Shown here: piece after piece, positions 22,401 to 31,765 of the stretch
Position numbering within the stretch: position 1 is the stretch's first letter
How the letters are laid out: each line of letters opens with the position of its first letter
Origin: an uncultured Verrucomicrobiae bacterium
GTDB lineage: Bacteria > Verrucomicrobiota > Verrucomicrobiia > Limisphaerales > JAFGQR01
Assembly: GCA_963788655.1 (NCBI GenBank)
Contig: CAWBHS010000072.1
Location: 384,001-448,000 of the forward strand
Length of the DNA stretch: 64,000 bases
Direction of reading: 5' to 3'
Made by a program: the position numbers and the translations under genes
The notes under the pieces: model-generated
Database searches by the model: none
What the model saw: the letters and a program-made list of their open reading frames with translations, nothing else
Told to the model about the DNA's origin: nothing

Positions 22401-25400
22401 GCGCCCGCACGAATGGTCCCAATGGCAGCCAGGGGTTCTTCGTGCAGGGACCTTATCAGGGACAACTATCAGCCCGTGGAGAAACGTTGCTGATCAAGAA
22501 CGACCATGGCTTGGTGGTCAGCACCAACACCTACGTGGGCGATCCGAGTCCGGCGCAGCAGTATTTGCGCATTACGGAACTGATGTTCAATCCCGCTCCG
22601 CCGTCGGGCTATCCGGGCGATGCGCAGGCGTTCGAATTCATCGAACTTAAAAACATCGGGCCGGCGCCGCTCGACTTGACCGGAGTCTATTTTACCAACG
22701 GAATTCAATTCGCCTTTGCCGGCAGCGCGGTGACGAGCCTGGACCCAGGACAAATCGTGCTCGTGGCCCAGGATGTGACCGCGTTTACGGCCCGATACGG
22801 AACGGGCTTCAACCTTGCCGGCCAATACGAGGGATTCCTGGATAACGCCGGGGAGCGAATCCGGTTGTTGGATGCGCACAATGAAGAGATTCTGGACTTC
22901 GAATATAACGACACCTGGTATCCCGCCGCGGACGGGTTTGGTTTCTCGTTGGTCATCGTGGACGAAAATGCCGAACCGGATCTTTGGGGTGACCGCAGCA
23001 ATTGGCAACCCAGCGGAACGCGTGATGGTTCGCCCGGAACTCAGCCGGCTGTGCCGGCGATTGCGCCGATCATCATCAATGAAGTGCTCACGCACACCGA
23101 CCCGCCGCTTCAGGATGCCATCGAGATCTTCAATCCCACCGGCGACGAAGTGGATGTTGGCGGCTGGTTTCTAACGGACGACCGGAATACGCCGCAGAAG
23201 TATCGCATTCCCGACGGCACCCTGATTGCCGCCGGTGGTTATCGCGTTTTCTACGAAACGAATTTTAATCCGTTCCCTGGTGTGCCCCCCAGCTTTGCGC
23301 TGAGTTCGGACGGCGACGAAGTGTATCTCTACTCGGGCGACGCGCAGACCAATTTGACTGGTTACGCGTATGGCCTGGCGTTTGACGCGGCGGCGAGCGG
23401 AGTATCGCTTGGTTGGTACACCAACAGCGTTCGTGAAACCCATTTTGTGCCGCAAGCCACCGTGAGCCTGGGCAGCGACAATGCGGGCCCCAAAGTGGGG
23501 CCGGTCATCATTCGCCAAATTATGTATCACCCGCTGGACTTGCTTGGTGGCTTGGACAACCCAGCGGACGAGTTCATCGAATTGCACAACTTGAGCGACC
23601 AGGCGGTGCCCTTGTTTGCGCCGATGTTTCCGACCAACACTTGGCATCTCCGGGGCGGCGTGGAGTTCGACTTTCCGACCAATGTGACATTGCCGCCGGG
23701 CAATTCCCTGCTGGTCGTGAACTTTGATCCGAACCATGCGGAAACGCTTACGGCATTTCGTTCGCGGTATGTCACAGTCGCCGACTTGCCGGTTTATGGT
23801 CCGTACAGCGGTAAGTTGGACAATGATACCGACCGCGTGGCGCTCAACCGTCCCGATACGCCCAACGCCAACGGCGTGCCGCGCATTTTGGTGGAGGAAG
23901 TCAATTATCACGACGCGTCGCCGTGGCCGGACGCGGACGGCAACGGGGCTGCGCTTCAGCGGCTGGACCCGACGCAATACGGCGATGATCCGGTCAATTG
24001 GCGGGCGATTTCCGATTTGGCCAATCTCACTGCGTGGCCACACACCAATATCGTGTTCAGCGTGGTGGCCATCGGCGCCGGCCCGTTGCAATACCAATGG
24101 CAGCACAATGGAACCAACCTCGAGGGAGCGACCGCGGCATCCCTGGCGATTGACGATGTCGAGCCCATAGACGCCGGTGAATACTGGGTCATTATCACCG
24201 ATGATGCCGGTTCGGTTCAGGTGGGGCCGGCGGTGCTAACGGTGCCGGTCGAGCCGACGATCTTGCACCAACCGGTCCCGTCGCACTACGACCTTGTCGC
24301 GGGAAATACGGCGACTCTGAGCATCGCTGCGGCCAGTAGCACCACGCTGCGCTACCAGTGGTTCCACGACGATGCGGAATTGCCCGGAGAAACCAATGCC
24401 ACTCTGGCACTGGCCAATGCCCAGGCGGCCAATGATGGCGATTACACGGTTCTGGTTGCCGACGATTACGGCTCGGTCTTGAGCGACACGGTGAACCTCA
24501 AGACCTGGGTGCGGCCGACCATTTCGGTGGCCTCATGGCCGCAGCCACGCAACCAATCGGTGGTGGCGGGCGGCACGGCCACGATTACGGTGGCCGTACA
24601 GACCACCGCCACGCTGCCTTTGTTGTACCGCTGGAAGCGCATCGACTGGGAAACCAACTATGTCTATGAACTGGATTCGTACACGAATGTGTTGGTGCTG
24701 ACGAATATCAATGCCGTGGACCATGCCGGTGGCTGGCGGGTAGTCGTGAGCAATTTTGCCGGCGAAGCCAGCACGTTCTTCACCGCCAACCTCACCGTGC
24801 TCGAACCACCGACGATCACCGAGCAGCCTGACGGACCAGTTGGTGAATCCAGGCGAGACGGCGACGTTCTCGGTCACCGCCGCGGGGACGGCGCCTTTCA
24901 GCTACCAGTGGTGGCACAATGAAGCTGATCCGGTCAGTGGGGCCATGGGAGCCATATTGTCGGTGCCGGACGCTCAACCCGGGATTAACGACGGTGCCTA
25001 CAGGGTAATCGTGACGAACAATTACGGTGCGGTCACGAGTGACGTTGCGCACTTGATCATTCGTGCGGAGCCGGGTGTCGTTACCCAGCCTACCAATCAA
25101 ACCGTTACTCCCTGTGCCTCCAACGTGGTGTTCTGTGTCGAGGCGGAGGGCGGCGGCCCGTACACGTACCAATGGTATTTCAACGACACCAATGCCTTGC
25201 CCGAGGCGACCAATGCCACTTTGGTGCTATCCAATTTGGATCTGGCCGCGCTGGGCAGTTTCCAGGCGGTCGTGACCAATGCCGTGGGTGCCGTCACCAG
25301 TCAGGTGGTGGTGCTTTCGTATCTTTGGGGCGACTGTGACGGCGACGGTCTGCCGGACCAATGGGAATTGGAGCATGGTTTGGCGGCGAATGATCCGGCC

Positions 25401-25725
25401 GATGGCGACTTGGATTCGGATCACGACGGACTAAGCAATCGCGAAGAATTTCAGGCGGGGACCGATCCGCAGGATGATCAAAGTACGCTGCGGGTTGAAC
25501 TGGTGGACGGCGGCACCAGCGGCGTGCCGACTTCGTTTCTATGCCGTATCGGGGATCGGTTACACCGTGCAATTCCGGACCAACCTGACGTCGGCTCCCT
25601 GGTTGAGCCTGACCAACCTGGCCGCGCAGGAGGTGAGCGGCCCCATAGAATTTGCTGATCCAGCAGTGTTGATCGACGGCAGCCGTTTTTACCGTCTCGT
25701 AACGCCGATGACACCTCCGCGATAA
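19475..25725 (+). CDS. Very large secreted LTD + CotH-kinase-like + Ig-repeat protein with DxDxDG repeats and a C-terminal RFYR domain. Two apparent frameshifts (~24830, ~25530).
   Basis: ORFs 19325-24922, 24756-25658 and 25474-25725 join. CotH-like motifs RRGNTT..YPKKSHRLEF, D.SYLRQ.LS, DDVWANMSLY, WSIIPFDLNVSWG. LTD repeats. Confidence 0.85.
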
Positions 25726-25747
25726 TCGATCCTCAGCCAGGCAACTC

Positions 25748-25771
25748 GTAGGACAGGCGTCCCGCCTGTCC
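25748..25771 (+). repeat. REP-like palindrome (family C)
   Basis: GTAG-GACAGGCGTCCCGCCTGTCC just downstream of a stop codon. Confidence 0.7.
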
Positions 25772-25891
25772 TGAAACTCCGGAGGACTTCGACATGGGCC
25801 GCAACGCCTCATTCAGCGATAAGCCTGTCGAGGTGTTCAGGAAGCCCAGAGCAATATGATTAACGCTCTGGTGGGACGGCTTGCGTTTTGG

Positions 25892-26035
25892 CGCGCCAGC
25901 GTTTGGAGTGCGTCCGGCTTGCCGGCGCTTTCGCAGGGGGATTGGGGTCCAATACTCAGCGGCATGAAGTTGGTATTCATGCGTTTCACTTTCATTGAAA
26001 GCGGGAGCAAGCTCCGCGCACTCCAAACGCTCCGC
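25892..26035. repeat. REP doublet, family A
   Basis: CGCGCCAGCGTTTGGAGTGCGTCCGGCTTGCCGGCGCTTTC ... GAAAGCGGGAGCAAGCTCCGCGCACTCCAAACGC. Confidence 0.88.
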
Positions 26036-26195
26036 TTGAATCGGAAGCCGCAGGATTGGCAGGCCAACAAAAGACGATTCGATGACGTCAATGCACACCG
26101 CCATACTGATCGCTTGGAACATGCCACAAACAATCGAGCCGGCAACAATGCCGGCGCTCCGATTTGCAGGTCATTTGAGGTAAAGTCGGAACCGG

Positions 26196-26516
26196 CTAAC
26201 GCCCCGATGACGCTTGCTTGCATTCGTCCGGTCGAATGCCAAACAACACGCAGCCCAAGCCCAGCGTTCCGGTCAAAACGCCCAAGCCCAATGCGCATTT
26301 GCTGGTGAGCGGCCTTTCGGTCTCGCCCTGCACTCCGGGAAGGCCCTCGAGCATGATCGCCCGGTTCTGCACCTCGCGAGCGTTGGCCTCGTCACTTTGG
26401 TAGGCAACGAAAAAGCAGGCAGCCCCGAGCAACAGCAAGCCGTAGCCAATGCGTCGCAACCGGCGCCGCTGGGCCGGAGTGGCAAGGGAGAATTTCCATG
26501 CGTTCATAAGCGCCAT
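26196..26516 (-). CDS. Small two-TM membrane protein, unknown function
   Basis: Basic N-terminus followed by two hydrophobic segments. Fits the gap before the divergent protease gene. Confidence 0.5.
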   Translation of the reverse strand: MALMNAWKFSLATPAQRRRLRRIGYGLLLLGAACFFVAYQSDEANAREVQNRAIMLEGLPGVQGETERPLTSKCALGLGVLTGTLGLGCVLFGIRPDECKQASSGR

Positions 26517-26606
26517 AGAAACACGCGCCCGGGCGACTGCAAGATTAAAGAAGCCGCAGTGACTTGCAACCCGGCCAAATGGGGTGAAGATGGCGTGGTG
26601 AACGGC

Positions 26607-27935
26607 ATGAAGTTGCGCAGATGTTTTCTCTGGGGTGAGCTGGTTGGGGTGCTAACGTTATGTGTTGGTGCCGCCATTGCCACGGGAAGCGCGCCCGCCT
26701 CGGGCGCAATCGTTGGCACCTCGCCAACCAGTTCCAATGTGGATTCCCCCTTAACTCCTAGCCGGGACGATCGCGCCACGACCAACCAACCCGCCGGCCC
26801 GGCCAAAACCTCACCGGTTAATGCCAATGCCGTTTTCGAAAAGGCGCGCCCGGCCGTGGTGGTGTTGCGGCCGGTTAATGCGCGCGGGCAGGGGAACACG
26901 AAAGGCACCGGTTTTCTGATCAGCGCCGACGGCTTGCTGGTAACGGCCCGCCACGTTTCGGAATCGGGTTCCGAGATGTTTGCCGTCACGTCCGATGCCC
27001 GAAAACTCGACGTGACCGGTTTTGTCGGTGAAGACACCGATCATGATGTGGTGGTCTTGAAGGTCGAAGGAACCAATCTGCCATTCCTGCCGTTGGCCGC
27101 TTATGATCTGCCGCGGACTAATGAGTGGGTTAGCCTGGTCGGCAATCCCGGCGGCGGCGGGTTGGCGTTTCCCACCGGGACGGTGGTGGGCGTGGCCGGC
27201 ATTCCGGGGGTGCTGGAGGACGTGTTGACGACGATCCCGGTGCGCCACGGTCACAGCGGTTCACCCATGTTGAATCTGCGCGGGGAAGTGGTCGGGGTTG
27301 CGGTCGCCGCCATGGCCAATTATGACGGCGTCGCCATTCCGGTGAAAGTCATCAAGCGAATTCTGGCACGGGCTGGCACCAATGCTCCGGTGCCCTTCAC
27401 GAAACGCCCCCGCAAAGGTCGCCTTACCCCGGTCGGTTTGGATCCGGATTTCCGCCTGGCCCGCGAAGCCATGGGCCACCAGAACTGGGCCGAGGCCGTG
27501 AAGCGATTGCAGCAAGTGATTCGACGCTACCCGGAAAGTGCAGCGGCCGACTTGTTCCTGGGTTACAGCTATACCCAGCAACAAGACTGGGCCAATGCGC
27601 TTGCGACGTTCAAACGCGCGGTGCAACTCCGCAATGACAGCGCAGTGCTTTGGTTCTTTTACGGCACGGTGCTCGTGACGAAAGGGCTGGCGGCCGACGG
27701 TGTCGAAGCGTTGAAGAAATCCATCGCGCTCCACCTCGACGACCCGTCCCGGCTGATCGCCGCCTGGTCCACCCTGGCAACGGTGGCGGCCAAAGAAAAC
27801 AAGGAAACGGAAGCGCGCGATGCCTTGGAGCAGTTGCGTCGCCTGGATGCAACCCGAGCGGCGGAATTAAAGATTCAACTCTGGCGGTTCTGCCCCAAAC
27901 TGATGCTGCCAGTGGAAGATAGGACAGGAAAATAG
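26607..27935 (+). CDS. Secreted trypsin-like (S1C) serine protease with C-terminal TPR repeats
   Basis: GTGFLIS.DG..VTARHV, DHDVVVLKV and GHSGSPMLN triad motifs, then helical TPR-like repeats. Start taken at MKLRRC. Confidence 0.85.
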   Translation: MKLRRCFLWGELVGVLTLCVGAAIATGSAPASGAIVGTSPTSSNVDSPLTPSRDDRATTNQPAGPAKTSPVNANAVFEKARPAVVVLRPVNARGQGNTKGTGFLISADGLLVTARHVSESGSEMFAVTSDARKLDVTGFVGEDTDHDVVVLKVEGTNLPFLPLAAYDLPRTNEWVSLVGNPGGGGLAFPTGTVVGVAGIPGVLEDVLTTIPVRHGHSGSPMLNLRGEVVGVAVAAMANYDGVAIPVKVIKRILARAGTNAPVPFTKRPRKGRLTPVGLDPDFRLAREAMGHQNWAEAVKRLQQVIRRYPESAAADLFLGYSYTQQQDWANALATFKRAVQLRNDSAVLWFFYGTVLVTKGLAADGVEALKKSIALHLDDPSRLIAAWSTLATVAAKENKETEARDALEQLRRLDATRAAELKIQLWRFCPKLMLPVEDRTGK

Positions 27936-27986
27936 AGTCTCGGTAAGCTGCGTTAGAGTATTCCTTCCACGTTGTCCGTCACACTT

Positions 27987-28093
27987 GAAAGCGCCGGCAA
28001 GCCGAGCGTAATCCAAACGTTGGCGCGACTTTCGGGCTGGCCTCCCGGATTTCGCGCAGCGTTTGGAGTGGCGCGGAGCTTGCTCCCGCTTTC
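27987..28093. repeat. REP doublet, family A, with the opposite arm arrangement
   Basis: GAAAGCGCCGGCAAGCCGAGCGTAATCCAAACGTTGGCGCG ... CGCGCAGCGTTTGGAGTGGCGCGGAGCTTGCTCCCGCTTTC. Confidence 0.8.
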
Positions 28094-28236
28094 GCTTGAG
28101 CGGGGCGTGCAAAGCTTCGCCTACGTCACGAGCTGCCAACGCCCAGCCGACGGCAATTCGGCGAAACAGCGGAATGAAAATCTGCGCCACGCACGAGCAT
28201 GGCCCAGCCCACCCTCTCACCAATATGCGTGTTGCC

Positions 28237-29607
28237 TCAAACTTCCTTCCACTCGCCCGGAATCGGAACCGGAAAGCGTCCGTTGGCATCGGGTTTGACG
28301 GGGACGGGGCTGTTCTCGTTCATCGTGTCGAGATAGTCGCAGAACTGGAACCGCGACGCCATCATGTCGTCCCAGGTGACCGTCTGGCCGGGATGGCAGG
28401 CGGCGCGGCCCATGAGCGCGGTGAGATCCGAATAGACGGCCCGTTTGAGCTTCGTTGTGCGGCCGATCGTTGCGGATGCTGTGCGATGAAGTCGTTCCAC
28501 TCGTACTGCCACGGACTGTAGGCGTCGTTGGTGGGCGTCCAGGCGATGTTGTCGCGTTGCGATGCGTTGGTCCTTGAACATGTGGACGGTGGCGGCGTGG
28601 ATGTTGCCGGAGAACTGGGCGGCGCATTTGGTCCCGTGAATGTACGTGGCGAAATCGCTGCGCGTCTTCTTCATGCGCCGGAATCCGCAGAAGGCCTTGG
28701 TGCCGTCGGCGAAGGTGTATTCCATCGAATACACGTCGATGTTCTGGCCGCAGTCGTCGCTGTTGGGAGCGCGTCCGCCCATGCCATGGCATTCGACCGG
28801 CCAGGCGTCCTTGATCCAGCAGCACTCATCGATCTGGTGGATGAGGTTGTCGACCATGTGGCCCGAGCCGACCCAGAACAAATGGATCCGGCCGAACTGG
28901 AGCTGGCTGAGAAGTTCGGTGGCCTTGTCGCCTTGCGGTCGGAGCCAATCGGCGCCGCCCAGGCGGTTGGCGCGGATCAGCGTGATGTCGCCCAGCTCGC
29001 CGTTGCGGATTTTTTCGATCAGCGCCTGGCGCGCCGGCGAATGGCGGCATTGCAGACCGGCGGCGATTTTGACGTTCTTCTTTTCCGCCTCATCGACCGG
29101 CCGCAGCAATCGGTGCAACCCACCCGGATCGGGCGCAAAAGGCTTTTCCATGAAGACGTTGATCCCCTTCCGGATGGCGTATTCGACATGCACGGGCCGG
29201 ATGTAGGCCCGGGTGGTGCACATGGCGACGTCGCCGGGACGGAGGGTGTCGATCGGCTGTGCTTGTAGGCGTCGAAGCCCAGGAACTTGCGATCTGGCCG
29301 AAACGTCCACCTTGTCGGGGAACTTATCCTGAAGCGTCCGGTGCGCCGCTTCGATTTTGTTATCGAGCAGATCGGCCATCGTGTAGAGCTTGACCGGTCC
29401 GGCTGCCGGCACCGAAAGGGCGTTGGCGATGGCCCCGGTGCCCCGCCCGCCGCAGCCGATGAGCGCGAGGCGAATGGTGTTGTCTTCTGCGGCAAATACA
29501 CCATGGGGTGCGGCGGCGGCAAGCACGCCGGCGCCCAGGGCAAAGGAACCGCTTTGTTTAAGGAATTGCCGTCGGTTGAGTTTGGAATTGTTGTTGGATT
29601 TTGTCAT
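28237..29607 (-). CDS. Tat-exported Gfo/Idh/MocA family oxidoreductase with two internally compensated frameshifted stretches
   Basis: LNRRQFL; LIGCGGRGTGA; VFMEKPFA; HQIDEC. The family-like segments PDRKFLGFDAYK and IRNDRPHNEA appear in alternative frames. Confidence 0.85.
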   Translation of the reverse strand: MTKSNNNSKLNRRQFLKQSGSFALGAGVLAAAAPHGVFAAEDNTIRLALIGCGGRGTGAIANALSVPAAGPVKLYTMADLLDNKIEAAHRTLQDKFPDKVDVSARSQVPGLRRLQAQPIDTLRPGDVAMCTTRAYIRPVHVEYAIRKGINVFMEKPFAPDPGGLHRLLRPVDEAEKKNVKIAAGLQCRHSPARQALIEKIRNGELGDITLIRANRLGGADWLRPQGDKATELLSQLQFGRIHLFWVGSGHMVDNLIHQIDECCWIKDAWPVECHGMGGRAPNSDDCGQNIDVYSMEYTFADGTKAFCGFRRMKKTRSDFATYIHGTKCAAQFSGNIHAATVHMFKDQRIATRQHRLDAHQRRLQSVAVRVERLHRTASATIGRTTKLKRAVYSDLTALMGRAACHPGQTVTWDDMMASRFQFCDYLDTMNENSPVPVKPDANGRFPVPIPGEWKEV

Positions 29608-29966
29608 GAGTTCTTCTTTGGTTGGGATGGTAACTGAGGGTTCAGGTTTGTCTCCGGCAATTGGTCTTGGCAGCAGGGATGCCCCCATCGCCCGGTTGGT
29701 TGGGGATGGCACCGATTCTTGATGTGCAGCGATCAATGAAGACTTCCGGTTCCATCGGGTTCATGGAGCAGCAGTGTAGGCGAGGGCTCTCGGGTCGCAA
29801 GCAGTTTCGTGCGACGGCGATTACAACAGGAGCTACGGTTCATTAATCGCTTTGCTATTCCAATTCGAAGGCAGACTGGTAACTTCCCAAGAAGAATATG
29901 ACCGAGTTCAACTTTGATAGGCTCTGCCGCCGAGATCCCGGACGATAGACTCCGATTCCTGATGCG

Positions 29967-31338
29967 ATGAAAATCCACTCACAACTCTCAATTTGCACCG
30001 AACTGGCTCTCAGTGCCTGCTTGGTCGCCATCCCTGCACTGGCTGGTTCGGTAGCCCCCACACCTCAACCCACCCAAACCAATCGCCTGCAACTGGCGCG
30101 CCAGATTCTCGCGGATGAACGGATGGATCAAGTGGTCCGCATGGGGCAGGACTTGTTGAAATCCGGTTTGAATGCCGGCAGTGGTTACGCCGAGGTGTGG
30201 ATTCGTGATCTCAACACCTTCCTTGTGCCCGTGCTCGAAGTGACGCCGCCGGCCACCATTCGTCAGGCCTTGTTGGTCTTTTTTCACTTTCAGGGTGAGG
30301 ACGGAAATATCGTGGATGGCTACGTGCCGGCCGACAAGGCGTTCGCTGACTACAAGTTTCGCACCAGCCCCACGCAGCCGCGCTTCAAGGCGCACAAAAA
30401 CACTGTCGAAACCGACCAGGAAAGCTCGCTGGTGCAGGCGGTGTGTCGTTACATACGCCAGACGCATGATCGGACCATTCTCGATGAAATGGTTCGTGGC
30501 CAAAAAGTCAGCGAACGGTTGGAGCGGGCGTTGCGCTATCCGTTGGAACATCGGTTCTCCCCAAAATATGGGTTGATCTGGGGCGCCACCACGGCAGATT
30601 GGGGTGATGTGCAACCGGAACATCCGTGGGGCGTGGAACTCGACGATAACAGCCATCGCGCCATCGATATTTACGACAATGCCTTGCTGCTGGTGGCCAT
30701 CCAGGAGTTCCTGCAAACGGTCGCCCCCAAGGACTCCGACATTGCGCGGCACTGGCAGACGCAGCATCACCAATTGGCCGCAGCGGTTCGCCGGCACCTC
30801 TGGGATGCGCGCGCGCAAAAGTTCATTCCGCACTTGTACCTTGATGGGTCTCCGTTCCCCAAAGAATTTCAATGAAAGCCAGGTGTACTATCATGGCGGA
30901 ACGGCGGTCGCCATCGAGGCGGGCCTGTTAACACCTAACGAAATCTTGACCGCTTATGGGCAGATGTTGGCCGATCTGCGGCTGTCGGGGGCGGCCACTG
31001 TGGGCCTGACGCTTTATCCGCCGTATCCGCAAGGCTCGTTCAAGAATCCATCGATGGGACCGTATTCTTACCAGAATGGGGGCGATTGGACCTGGTTCGG
31101 TGCGCGTGTGGTGCGGCAACTGGCGCGGGCGGGGTTTGCTGAGGAAGCGTATCGCGAACTTATCCCGATGCTGGAGCGCGTCATTCGCCATCAGGGATTT
31201 CATGAATGGTGGTCCGTGGACAATCAACCTAAAGGCTCCGGTAAATTCCGCGGTTCCGCCGGGGTGTTGATCGAGGCCGTTAACGAGTTGCACGCGTGGG
31301 CCAGGGCGCAGTTGCAGAACCCGCCCCCGTCGCGATGA
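29967..31338 (+). CDS. Secreted six-hairpin glycosidase-like protein (amylo-alpha-1,6-glucosidase-like); one frameshift ~30870
   Basis: EVWIRDLNTF, HKNTVETDQE, TTADWGDVQPE, YQNGGDWTWFG. ORFs 29967-30875 and 30604-31338 join at GAATTTCAAT. Confidence 0.75.
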
Positions 31339-31406
31339 ATTGATAGCGGCATCGTTGAAGACGAGCGCCTTCGATCATCTTCGTTCGACCGGAGTCTTCG
31401 AAAGCG

Positions 31407-31694
31407 TCAGCGAAGTTTCTGGTTCGGCTTCGTTCTTTCGGATTCCAATAGCACGGAAAGAAAGAAACACGGCACGAGAAAGAGAGCAACCGCGGCCGGA
31501 ACCATCCAATGCTGGGCGCCTTTTGCCGGGAAAAGCCAGGCCGTCGAAACGAGGAAATCCAATACCTGCAAAACCGGCCTGTTGAACTCCAGCCCCCACT
31601 TTTCAGAAGCCCAGACCGAAGGAATCCTCACGGCCGTCTCCAGTGCGAACATACCCAACCAAGCCAGCGGGATTCCCACCAGGGTTGACAACAC
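31407..31694 (-). pseudogene. Probable fragment of a membrane protein gene
   Basis: Hydrophobic, protein-like translation (STLVGIPLAWLGMFALE...AWLFP...VPAAVALFLVPCFFLSVLLE) with no convincing start or N-terminus. Confidence 0.4.
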
Positions 31695-31765
31695 GTTTTA
31701 GGGCGAGTGGAAGCTCAGTCGCGATTCTTCGTAAAATGCCGCGCTGTATTGCCGCCACTTCGCGC

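Noticed and set aside
25733..26308. ORFs sharing peptides such as ASVWSASGLPALS / ESAGKPDALQTLAR (also 6187-6525, 27972-28298, 36245-36636, 43002-43509)
   Set aside because: They are translations of REP repeats, not a protein family.
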